Shown piece after piece: positions 55,421 through 64,000 of a stretch of 64,000 nt of DNA. The DNA is from a virus: IMG/VR virus record IMGVR_UViG_3300030106_006270, positions 31,891 to 95,890 of that record; one strand, given 5' to 3'. The notes under the pieces were generated by a model. That model saw only the letters and a list, made by a program, of their open reading frames with translations, did no database searches and was not told where the DNA came from. The translations under genes and the position numbers were made by a program. Position 1 is the first letter of the stretch; every line of letters begins with the position of its first letter.

Positions 55421-56172
55421 TTGTTATTTTCTACCTCTACTTTTGTAATTTCAACTTCTTGTACATAATTTTTTGGATATCTCATCTCAGGATGTTTCAT
55501 CACTTTACGAAACTTTCTGTTTTCTGTTTTATTTCCTAAAAAATAAATATATCTATGTTTTGTGGCTTCTTTCTTCAACCAAAAGGTTTGCCCTATGGTT
55601 TTAATCAAATTCTTAGGTGCAGCTGAACCATACTTTGAATATACGCTTCTACTGTGCATCCATTCATCTTCTTCATTAACTCTTAAAGAGTATGTTGGTG
55701 CTAACTGAAAATCACCACAACCTTGATATATCCAATTAGTAGCTTGATAGATAGCACCATCATGACTTTGTTCAGGATCTGCGTAGGATACTAAAACCTT
55801 TATGTTTGGAGCATTTTCTCTCAACCATTTAAATGTGGATGAGATAACATGCGACTCTATGTTTTTACCATAACCATCATCTATATACAGTCTTGTCAAT
55901 TCCAAAATGTTTTTATTTTCTAGTATCTCTTCACTAAAGATTGAACCAATAACTCTTCTACCAACTGGAAATCCATAACAGGCTACTCCAATTAGTTTCT
56001 CTTCAGCCTCATCAAAGAATTGATGTTGGTTGTCCGTTTGATAAAATATCCCTAACGGATATCTACAAGAGGACAACCTACCACTGTAATGATTCTTTTC
56101 AATTATATCTCTCGCCAATGCTTTGTAGATTGGTCGAACTGATACTCTTGTGGTGTCTACATAAGACTCCAT
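55408..56172 (-). CDS. Mom-like (GNAT-fold) DNA modification protein, copy 1
   Basis: KNHYS; LELTRL; NIESHVIS; SYADPEQSHDGAIYQATNWIYQG; KHRYIY. Confidence 0.85.
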   Translation of the reverse strand: MESYVDTTRVSVRPIYKALARDIIEKNHYSGRLSSCRYPLGIFYQTDNQHQFFDEAEEKLIGVACYGFPVGRRVIGSIFSEEILENKNILELTRLYIDDGYGKNIESHVISSTFKWLRENAPNIKVLVSYADPEQSHDGAIYQATNWIYQGCGDFQLAPTYSLRVNEEDEWMHSRSVYSKYGSAAPKNLIKTIGQTFWLKKEATKHRYIYFLGNKTENRKFRKVMKHPEMRYPKNYVQEVEITKVEVENNKWEN

Positions 56173-56889
56173 TTACACATCTGTTTCTGCAACAAGATAG
56201 TAAGTGGCATCATACTCATCAATTTTGAATTTGATACGGGCAAGACCTTGTGAACTAACTTCTAATGTAGCACTTTCACATTCTTTGTTAGCAACTAAAA
56301 CATCTCTGAATAGATTAGCATTGAAAGAAACATTATCTATGACATCATAAGTTTCTGTTTGAACAGGCAGAGTCACACGATTAGTATTTATTTCTGCATA
56401 ACCAATTACAACCTTTACGCCATCATCACTTGTCAATACTGTAAAGTTATCTGTATCAGCTAATGCACCTTTACCAGCAACAAACTTATTCATAAAAGAT
56501 TTATCAACTTTTATCTTTACTTCAAAGTCAGGCACGCTCTTCATATTAGGTACTTGTCCAATCACAGATAAATCAGAGAGCATGTAATTTACGCTTGAAG
56601 CGCTGTCCGATACTTTAAGAGAAACAACCTTATCACCAGCTTTCGTCAAATTCATCGAAATATTATCTGACATAACTGAAAGTAGTTTTACCAACTGTTC
56701 TGTGTTGTAAACACCAAGTTCAGCTTTATCAAATTTCCAATCTGACATCTTTAGTTCACCGAGCAAATTCTTATCACCTGTGATGAACCTAGTAGATAGA
56801 TTTGTTCCATCGCTTTTTATCACAACTGAAGAACAATTTCCTCCAAGATAATATTTGTCGATGAAACGGTTTAGTGAATGTTTATTCAT
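56173..56889 (-). CDS. DNA sliding clamp (gp45/PCNA-like)
   Basis: Size; repeated beta/alpha pattern; C-terminal ATYYLVA; lies between polymerase and clamp loader. Confidence 0.75.
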   Translation of the reverse strand: MNKHSLNRFIDKYYLGGNCSSVVIKSDGTNLSTRFITGDKNLLGELKMSDWKFDKAELGVYNTEQLVKLLSVMSDNISMNLTKAGDKVVSLKVSDSASSVNYMLSDLSVIGQVPNMKSVPDFEVKIKVDKSFMNKFVAGKGALADTDNFTVLTSDDGVKVVIGYAEINTNRVTLPVQTETYDVIDNVSFNANLFRDVLVANKECESATLEVSSQGLARIKFKIDEYDATYYLVAETDV

Positions 56890-56951
56890 TTATCACTCCT
56901 TATTTGTTAATAGATATATACATATATACATATCAATGTTATTATTCAAAA

Positions 56952-59444
56952 TCAAAAAAATCTTTCCATAGATGTTTTTTTATTCACAGGCTCATTCCAT
57001 TTCAAAGATTCATAAAACATCATTATCTTCTTCTCTAACATTTGAGCATACATCTTTTTGTGATCTATGTATTGTTTTATAAAACTAATTACCTCAGGTG
57101 GGTCTTCATAACCTTTGTAACCACAAGAATCTAATCCAAACTCATTTTGTCTTAAGTAAACCCATTTTATCTTTTCGGAATTACTTATCTTTTCATACTT
57201 ACCATCAACACCGAAGTGTTCCAATAAGTCATTGTAAGTTAGTGCTGCTTTGACATGTGCTGGGGCACCTTTCGCAAACTGAGTAAAGTGACCATTTTTA
57301 CCAGCACTATATTTTTTCATATTTTTTACACCTGTCGGCATAGCTATCCTATCAAAGTCTACTAATTTCATAGACTCCTTAAAGTTTATTATCCTTTCGT
57401 CTATCTTGTCCTTTGGTACATTTGCCAGTATATCTTCTAAAACACTCTTTAGTAACTCACCCATAGCCTTTGGAAAATTACTACGAACTAAGTCCAAACC
57501 CTTTACATGCAGTTTGTTTACCTTTACTCCATTGTCATTGATAATCTTCATACCATATCGTTTCTTCACAATAAATAAACCACTCTTAGCAATCAATTCC
57601 TGCTTTATCTCAAACCTATGTTTGTCTAAGTTTAGAAACTTACTAGCAAAGTAGTCGTATGACTTATTAAGATATGTTTGCATCTCATCAGCCACATCCA
57701 AAATTACCTTACTCATCTGTGTTTCTGTGAATTTTTTATTTGGAAATCTTTTTTGCACCAATGGTAGTGCTGAATAAAATACGGAATCTGTATCGATGTA
57801 AATACAATAGTCCTCATCAGTATTCAGAGCATTGTTGTAAAAATAGTTACCAATCTTTTTAGTAAATTTTATTAGTTCTTGACCTGTTAGTGTGGTAGCC
57901 TCAGCATTATCTAAATCATAGAATCTAAATACTGGTAAACCTAACACACCATACAATGAGTTTAGAACAACTTTTTGAATCAACTGGCGACTTTTGAAAT
58001 ATGTATACTTTTCGTTATTACCAGCATCACCAAACTTCTTCATTAGCTTTCTATACTCCACACGAGTATCAAACCATTTCTCCAACAATGCAGGAATCAA
58101 ACCTTTTTTATCACTACGATATAATACACCATTGGAAGATACTGAAACCTTATTTTTATCAAAGAAATCTTTCAACTCTTTTTCTGTAAGTTTTCCTTTT
58201 TCTACACCATTGGATATGAGGGTATAAGTTTTTGGCGTGCCCTTCAAGAACTCCTCAGCATCCCAACCTGAAAGTTTTCCAATTTTTGTTTCTGGTGATA
58301 TATTTAAAGACATAATTACTGATGGATACATAGAGGTAATATCTAAGTCAAACACCCAATCATGTTTACCTCTTTGTGGTGGTTGTACATAAGCACCAGC
58401 AAATTTATCGTCATCTTTTTTCTCAACTCTTGGTGGCTTGTTAGGAGCAACAACACCTAAGTTTTTTAGGTAAACCAATATAGCCCCTTCTAAGTAACGA
58501 GATGAGAAGTAAACATCTTCATAAGGAACATGACCTACGTGACATACACCTCTAGCCATATCAATAAAATCTAATTTGTCATGCAATCTTTTCACAAGTC
58601 TAACATCATGTATGTTATATTCGACAAACTTATTTATATCATTTTCATATAAATCATTAAGTGTTCCATCATACTCTATTTTGTTTTCACCTAACTCTTT
58701 TTCTGCAACGGCATCCAATCTATAAGATGATAATTGAGTGTAAGTAAACAATCTGTATAAAGCATAGTAATCTAAACAACTGACACCGGCAAACATATAT
58801 CTCTTTCTATGTTTGTTCCATTGAGCTGTCTGAATTGGTGAAATCATATCAGCAACATTTTTACCAACCACCTTACACATTCTGTTGTATAGATATGGCA
58901 TATCAAATGTATCTATGTTCCAACCTGTAATGATGGTTGGTTTCCATTTCAGATACTCCACCATAAATTTTTGTAAAAGTTCATACTCTGTATTAAATTT
59001 CTCTACTATTATATTATCTTTTGATTTTAGTGTTAGTCTATCTTTATCATCCAACACAAAAGCGTAATAAGTATCACTAACAGAGTCATATGTAGCAATA
59101 GAAGTAATCTTATTGTTAGCATCCTCTGGCATTGGGAATCCCTCTGTTACTTCTACCTCAATGTCAATCATCATTATATTGTGATTATTAGATAGCTCCT
59201 CTGAATCTCCATATTGGTCTACCAATACACGTGTTTCAGGTGGTACATCGGATTCAAATAAGTTTGGTGTGTCGGCATCGAACTTAAATACCTTTCTAAG
59301 TTTATCACCATAGAGAGAAACATGAGAACCGTTTCTATCTTTTACATATGCGTACTTCTTATATGGAATAACATAATAACCTTTATCATCATCCCAAATA
59401 TGAACTTTTCGCGTTTTCATATCAAAGTAAATATTCTGATACAT
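56952..59444 (-). CDS. Family-B DNA polymerase (gp43-like)
   Basis: DIE exonuclease motif; GWNIDTFD; DITSMYPS; KVVLNSLYG; YIDTDS; KKRY; KGLD. Confidence 0.97.
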   Translation of the reverse strand: MYQNIYFDMKTRKVHIWDDDKGYYVIPYKKYAYVKDRNGSHVSLYGDKLRKVFKFDADTPNLFESDVPPETRVLVDQYGDSEELSNNHNIMMIDIEVEVTEGFPMPEDANNKITSIATYDSVSDTYYAFVLDDKDRLTLKSKDNIIVEKFNTEYELLQKFMVEYLKWKPTIITGWNIDTFDMPYLYNRMCKVVGKNVADMISPIQTAQWNKHRKRYMFAGVSCLDYYALYRLFTYTQLSSYRLDAVAEKELGENKIEYDGTLNDLYENDINKFVEYNIHDVRLVKRLHDKLDFIDMARGVCHVGHVPYEDVYFSSRYLEGAILVYLKNLGVVAPNKPPRVEKKDDDKFAGAYVQPPQRGKHDWVFDLDITSMYPSVIMSLNISPETKIGKLSGWDAEEFLKGTPKTYTLISNGVEKGKLTEKELKDFFDKNKVSVSSNGVLYRSDKKGLIPALLEKWFDTRVEYRKLMKKFGDAGNNEKYTYFKSRQLIQKVVLNSLYGVLGLPVFRFYDLDNAEATTLTGQELIKFTKKIGNYFYNNALNTDEDYCIYIDTDSVFYSALPLVQKRFPNKKFTETQMSKVILDVADEMQTYLNKSYDYFASKFLNLDKHRFEIKQELIAKSGLFIVKKRYGMKIINDNGVKVNKLHVKGLDLVRSNFPKAMGELLKSVLEDILANVPKDKIDERIINFKESMKLVDFDRIAMPTGVKNMKKYSAGKNGHFTQFAKGAPAHVKAALTYNDLLEHFGVDGKYEKISNSEKIKWVYLRQNEFGLDSCGYKGYEDPPEVISFIKQYIDHKKMYAQMLEKKIMMFYESLKWNEPVNKKTSMERFF

Positions 59445-59475
59445 TTAGATATAAAATCCCCTATTTGATTTATTA

Positions 59476-59504
59476 AAGCTACGAATAAAACCTGATAAAG
59501 TCAA
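59476..59504 (-). promoter_or_regulatory. Sigma70-type promoter TTGACT-N17-TAGCTT upstream of the DNA polymerase
   Basis: Conserved six-copy motif. Confidence 0.8.
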
Positions 59505-59516
59505 GCTTTTTTTTGA

Positions 59517-59541
59517 TAAAAAGGGGGGAAAATCCCCCCTA
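59517..59541 (-). terminator. Rho-independent terminator after nrdJ
   Basis: G-rich/C-rich stem (AGGGGG...CCCCCCT) followed by a T-run on the minus strand. Confidence 0.75.
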
Positions 59542-59572
59542 AATTTACCATTTTAGAAATTAACAGAAAGTC

Positions 59573-61582
59573 CTAAGTTGAAACTTCTTGGTCATCGTTA
59601 TCGCCTGACAACGATGGCACTTCACAAGAATCATTGTTACAAAACTTATCTATATCCGCTTCTTCATTCTTGATAACACCGAATGATAATTTACTGAGTT
59701 TTTTTATTTGTTTATTATATTCCTTTTCATCAATAGATTCATATGGCATTTGCTTATAAGCACCATAATCATGTCTTGGTAATAAACTGATACCCTTTAG
59801 GTGATACTGATAGTAATTCAAACACGGAGCAATCTGATTTGCTTCTGTTTCTGGATTGAATGTAACCGTGCAACTTACTTGATTGTCTGCCCAATGTCGT
59901 TGAAGAAAAGCAGCTAGACTGAATTGTTCCCAAATCGAAAGTTCAGCTGCTGTTTTAATTCCCTCACCAACGTCAACGGGTATTTCTACAACCATTGTTG
60001 TTTCCTCAGAACCGAATGCTGGTTCTAATTTATATCCAGCTTTTTTTAACGGTTCTAATAATTCTGAATGTTTTGATAATCTTATCCGTCTAATATAAAA
60101 CCGACTTTCAGGATAGTGAAGACCAGGAGTCGCTCCAGCCAAAAGCGATACTGTACCGCTAGGTTTAACAGATGTAGTTTTAATTGACTTTGGTACAGCA
60201 AACCAATCAGAGTATACATCATCCCATTCTTGAATGACATCATATCCATCATTTAACCACTCCTTTAACGAATCAATTCCTCTGTGTGTAATAAATTGTG
60301 CAACACCACTTACAGAACAGCCGATTCTTCTGTTTCTTAACATAACTCTATTGGTATCACTCCAATGAGTTCTCCCTAATGTAACTGTTTTAGCGTAAAG
60401 ATAGGCATACTTTAGAGTTCTCGCATAATCTTCAAAGTCTATGTGATTATCAGGAAATGTTTCTACTAAACAACATAACTCATAACTCTCTAAAGATTGT
60501 TCCAAACAGGGATTACCCCCCATAACCCTATGGTCTTTGTTGTCTCCACCATTTTTCATACGAGAATACTTTCTCATATTATGTAACCAAGCAAAACCAG
60601 GCTCTCCATTATCTACAATTCTTTTTGCAGCTTCGGTGTAATCCATTCCTAATTCAGCAAAGATACTGTTATTAGATGTCCAACCGAATTGTTCTCTATC
60701 TGGATTAACTTCATAATTCTTTAAATCCAAATACTCCTCTGAATCTGGTTCGCCAAAAACTATTTCAGCAGTTCTTCTAACATTACCTGCAACAACACAC
60801 TTACCGATTAGATTCATTATGTCTACAATTGTTGTTACTGAAATTGGTTCTCCACTATTTTTTTCTAATACCTTTCTGATGTCTTCGTGCACTTCCATTA
60901 GTGGTTCGTGACCACTTGAAACACCACCAAAACCACTTATGGGTTCACCTGCAGGCCGTATCTTTGTATAGTCAAACTCCATCGGTGCCTGACCATGAAA
61001 GTAACTCTCTAAAAGAAGTTTCAAAGACTCCACCCAACCCTCACGTGTATCAGGTATTTTGTAAGTCTGTTCATCTCTACTTTTGTCAATACCTTTAATT
61101 ACTATTTCACCAGCACCTTTTGTATCAAACCCCACACCGACACCTAACATACTGGCATCCATGAGGAAACAGAATGGTTTTGCGTAGTCTTCTTTAAGTG
61201 TTTTTGTAGATACAAAAGCACAATTATTTAGGGCGGCGTATAATCCCTTTTTCTCTGTGATAGGCGTTCCCATCGCCCACAGACCGCGACCAGGAGGCAA
61301 AAACTTCATTGTAAAAATTCGCTCATACATATCTTGAGCACTCTTCTGAGCTTGCCACGGATTCCACCCTAATTGATGTGATTCAATCCAATTCTTTTGC
61401 ATGTTGTAAGTACCTTCTACAACTCTCTGTACTGTCTCCCACCATCTTTCGTTTTTACCATCTTCTTTGATTCGAGAATAGGTTCTCATATAAACCAATT
61501 CACCTAATCCATTAAAACCAAAAGGAGCCTTTTTCCTTTTATATTTGCTTATAAAATTTTCTGATAATGTAAACTTTTCCAT
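59573..61582 (-). CDS. nrdJ: Class II adenosylcobalamin-dependent ribonucleotide reductase (monomeric RTPR type)
   Basis: FLPPGRGLW; ALNNC; GNVRRTAE; GNPCLEQ; KPSGTVS; C-terminal FCNNDSC. Confidence 0.93.
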   Translation of the reverse strand: MEKFTLSENFISKYKRKKAPFGFNGLGELVYMRTYSRIKEDGKNERWWETVQRVVEGTYNMQKNWIESHQLGWNPWQAQKSAQDMYERIFTMKFLPPGRGLWAMGTPITEKKGLYAALNNCAFVSTKTLKEDYAKPFCFLMDASMLGVGVGFDTKGAGEIVIKGIDKSRDEQTYKIPDTREGWVESLKLLLESYFHGQAPMEFDYTKIRPAGEPISGFGGVSSGHEPLMEVHEDIRKVLEKNSGEPISVTTIVDIMNLIGKCVVAGNVRRTAEIVFGEPDSEEYLDLKNYEVNPDREQFGWTSNNSIFAELGMDYTEAAKRIVDNGEPGFAWLHNMRKYSRMKNGGDNKDHRVMGGNPCLEQSLESYELCCLVETFPDNHIDFEDYARTLKYAYLYAKTVTLGRTHWSDTNRVMLRNRRIGCSVSGVAQFITHRGIDSLKEWLNDGYDVIQEWDDVYSDWFAVPKSIKTTSVKPSGTVSLLAGATPGLHYPESRFYIRRIRLSKHSELLEPLKKAGYKLEPAFGSEETTMVVEIPVDVGEGIKTAAELSIWEQFSLAAFLQRHWADNQVSCTVTFNPETEANQIAPCLNYYQYHLKGISLLPRHDYGAYKQMPYESIDEKEYNKQIKKLSKLSFGVIKNEEADIDKFCNNDSCEVPSLSGDNDDQEVST

Positions 61583-61628
61583 AGTAACTCCTTATACAAT
61601 ATTAAATATAATATATACACATTCTTAT

Positions 61629-62987
61629 TTACTCAAAACCTTCCATATCTTTATATTTTTGAGATAAAGTTTTGCGTAGATATTCTTCCGAATTATCCAT
61701 TTTACCTTGTGTTTGTTTTCCAGCAACAGTAGATGCTTCGTGCACTTGAATCAAACCTGTATTTGTGTTTATGTTTGCTGGAAATGTTATACCATCAACT
61801 CCAAACCTATTTTTGATTACATGGAACCTACCTGTATTAGCAATCTTATCTTCAACCTTACGACTAACTGACATTACAAAATCTGCTGTCATAACTTTTG
61901 AGTAGTCTTCTGAAACTTTAGTAGCATCAATCACATCCTCTTCGAGTGAACTACGATTTGCCTGTGAAGCAGTCCATATCGGAATATCGAACTCACCAGC
62001 CATACCACGAAGATTTTCATAAGTCTCACCAGTAGCGTGCCTTTTCTCTTTATAAAAAGTTGTAGGTTTCAAAATATCAGCATAATCCACTATCACAGCG
62101 TCAGGTTTAATTTCCTGAATCTCCATTTGTTTTAGATGAGCTGCTAGTGTGTTTACTGTAGCAGAACGAGTTGGGTAGTATTTGATTATCAATTTACCTT
62201 TCAATCCATCAATCACCTTCTGTACTTCATCTTGGTAAAACTTTACATTAGCAGTTGGTGTTCCACTAAATACTGTATCGTATCTCAAACCAACATAAGA
62301 TTCATTTAACTCTAAAGTATAATGTACAACTGTTTTGCCCTCTTTAACTAAGTGAGCACCCAAAGATTGTAAACACCAAGTCTTACCAATACCAGCAGGC
62401 GCAACCAAAACACCTAACTCTCCACCACCAAGTCCACCATCCATAACACCCGTTACTGCATCCCAAGGTGTTGGTAAAGTTTCTCTTACTGATTCTGTAA
62501 GTCTATCGTTTAGAGATATTATATAGTCATGTCCTAAGTCTCTTTCACTACCAGCTTTCATAGCAGCGTCAACTATAGTTTTTATCTCATCATATTTCTT
62601 CTGTTCTAGTAAGTCTACAGCTTCTACGATAGCACCTTTTAACACCTGATTCTTACAAAAGTCTAATGTCTCCTGCTTTACAAATTCTAAATCAGTAGCC
62701 TCAACGCTTCTCCAAGCCTCTTTAAGATTTTCTATGACAGATACTTTTAGAATCTCATCATCCATCTGAGTAATCTTTATCTTTAATACTTCTAAGGTAG
62801 GTGCCTTCCTAAACTCATTGAAGTATTTACTAATTTCTGAGGATAACCATTTATTAGCATCTGAATCAAAATATTTTGGTTCAAGTATGTCACTGATAGT
62901 TTGTATAAATTTATTGTCTGATAGTAAAGATGATATTATTTTTGATTGGAATGTCGGGCCAAATTGATTAAAATTTTCACTCACCAT
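61629..62987 (-). CDS. Replicative DNA helicase (DnaB/gp41-like)
   Basis: APAGIGKT; YTLEL; VDYAD; TASQANR; KNRFG. Confidence 0.93.
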   Translation of the reverse strand: MVSENFNQFGPTFQSKIISSLLSDNKFIQTISDILEPKYFDSDANKWLSSEISKYFNEFRKAPTLEVLKIKITQMDDEILKVSVIENLKEAWRSVEATDLEFVKQETLDFCKNQVLKGAIVEAVDLLEQKKYDEIKTIVDAAMKAGSERDLGHDYIISLNDRLTESVRETLPTPWDAVTGVMDGGLGGGELGVLVAPAGIGKTWCLQSLGAHLVKEGKTVVHYTLELNESYVGLRYDTVFSGTPTANVKFYQDEVQKVIDGLKGKLIIKYYPTRSATVNTLAAHLKQMEIQEIKPDAVIVDYADILKPTTFYKEKRHATGETYENLRGMAGEFDIPIWTASQANRSSLEEDVIDATKVSEDYSKVMTADFVMSVSRKVEDKIANTGRFHVIKNRFGVDGITFPANINTNTGLIQVHEASTVAGKQTQGKMDNSEEYLRKTLSQKYKDMEGFE

Positions 62988-63156
62988 ATAACTCTTTTCT
63001 TTGTTTTTCTTTTATTTCCATTTGTTTCTTTCTACGATATCTCTCACGTGCTTTTGCCTGAAGAACTGCTCTATTTCTATAATAGTATTCCATAGACCAT
63101 TTTCTCTGAGCAACTTTCTTTTCTTCTTCTGAGTTATATTTCTTTTGTCTACCCAT
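62977..63156 (-). CDS. Small basic protein (59 aa, MGRQKKYNSEEEKK...)
   Basis: Manual translation; fills the gap and is coupled to both neighbours. Confidence 0.55.
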   Translation of the reverse strand: MGRQKKYNSEEEKKVAQRKWSMEYYYRNRAVLQAKARERYRRKKQMEIKEKQRKELYGE

Positions 63157-64000
63157 GTGTTTTATTAGCCATTTGATTTAGAGTGGCAAAACATTGAACC
63201 AACCAACTATCCATATTCGGAAGTGTGGCAAATAACCTGTCCTCTATGAATCTTTTTTGAAATTTTAGTTTATTTAGTTTGTTTATAGGTTCTCGAATTT
63301 TATCAAGTATCTTCATTTTAGCAGAAGCACTGATGTCCACTTCATCTAATTGCATCAACATATGATTTCTTTTCAATAACTCCTCATTCTCTTTGAGTTT
63401 TTCGTCTTCAGTAATTATGTCATCTATATTAAGTATATTGTCTTCTAGTAAAAGTGGTAATTTTTTTTGAATAGTTTTCAATCCCCAACCACGAACTCCA
63501 TCTATGTTATCAGATTTATCTCCATCAATTGCTCTGTACACAGCAAAGTTATGAGATGGTATCCCATAGTCCTCTAACACCTTTGGTGGGTCGTATAGTT
63601 TCTTCTTTGTTGGAGACCAAACTGATACTCTATGATTTACTAACTGAAGAAAGTCTTTGTCTGTAGACATCAAAACTATTTTAGAGGTCTTTAGTATTTG
63701 TTTTGTGATGTAAGCCATTGTATCATCAGCTTCAATATCTTCAATTGTAATTGAGGTTACTGGCAAATATTCTAAGTAATCAATAACTCTAGTTAACTGT
63801 ATAATCATTGATTGGTGTTCATCTTCTTTAGTGTTGAAATCATAAGAACGATTCAACCTTTCAGACATATTTCTACCAGCTTTGTATTCTGGAAATATTT
63901 TCTTTCGGCGGTTAGACCCACCCTTACCATCAAATACTATGACAGTTCGAGTAGGTCTAATTGTTCTTATAGCGTAACCGATTGACCTTAGAAAACCAAC
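63149..64000 (-). CDS. 5'-3' exonuclease/RNase H (FEN-like), 5' end beyond the window
   Basis: Frame open to 64000 (VIVFDGKGGS..RKKIFPEYKAGR); EADD; STDKDFLQL; GDKSDNIDGV. Confidence 0.93.
   Translation of the reverse strand, partial: VGFLRSIGYAIRTIRPTRTVIVFDGKGGSNRRKKIFPEYKAGRNMSERLNRSYDFNTKEDEHQSMIIQLTRVIDYLEYLPVTSITIEDIEADDTMAYITKQILKTSKIVLMSTDKDFLQLVNHRVSVWSPTKKKLYDPPKVLEDYGIPSHNFAVYRAIDGDKSDNIDGVRGWGLKTIQKKLPLLLEDNILNIDDIITEDEKLKENEELLKRNHMLMQLDEVDISASAKMKILDKIREPINKLNKLKFQKRFIEDRLFATLPNMDSWLVQCFATLNQMANKTHG

Noticed and set aside
660-61098. Plus-strand ORFs in the six-frame track
   Set aside because: Nearly all are antisense shadows of well-supported minus-strand genes, with no RBS or recognisable motifs.
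56952-62987. Inteins or introns in the polymerase, NrdJ or helicase
   Set aside because: Lengths are normal and no splicing motifs or frame breaks were seen.
1-64000. CRISPR array or Cas system suggested by the Cas4-like nuclease
   Set aside because: No repeat-spacer array or other cas genes were seen; solo Cas4-like nucleases are common in phages.
1-64000. Stop-codon reassignment
   Set aside because: Conserved genes are full length in the standard code, and TAA, TAG and TGA all end genes at coupled junctions.

Overview
This is a 64-kb segment of an AT-rich, large T4-like (jumbo/myovirus-type) bacteriophage genome, probably aquatic. Essentially all genes are on the minus strand and use the standard genetic code. 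In transcription order, from right to left: (1) a replication core of 5'-3' exonuclease/RNase H, DnaB/gp41 helicase, class II B12-dependent ribonucleotide reductase, family-B polymerase, sliding clamp and clamp loaders, interleaved with two Mom-like DNA-modification genes, a DUF1599/Nmad1-like gene and a Cas4-like nuclease. (2) A ~26-kb glycan island (24.1-50.5 kb) with about ten glycosyltransferases, NDP-sugar enzymes, methyltransferases and a carbamoyltransferase. It also holds a complete C-P bond pathway predicted to make 2-hydroxyethylphosphonate: PEP mutase fused to a cytidylyltransferase and an alkaline-phosphatase/sulfatase-like domain, a split phosphonopyruvate decarboxylase and an Fe-dependent reductase. 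(3) An accessory/regulatory region (6-24 kb) with a ~400-nt promoter-driven structured ncRNA candidate, a tRNA-Cys embedded in frame inside a Cys-rich gene, an MraZ-box-like GTGG array, a PHP-less DnaE, a secreted TonB C-terminal domain, a Popeye cNMP-binding membrane protein, UvsE, PhoH, PAP2 and many micro-ORFs. (4) Probable virion-internal proteins that share an MIKLxxLL N-terminus and ESVNE junction motifs. Two recurring promoter motifs are visible. No CRISPR array, intron, intein or transposon was recognised. All calls come from reading motifs by eye; no database searches were run.
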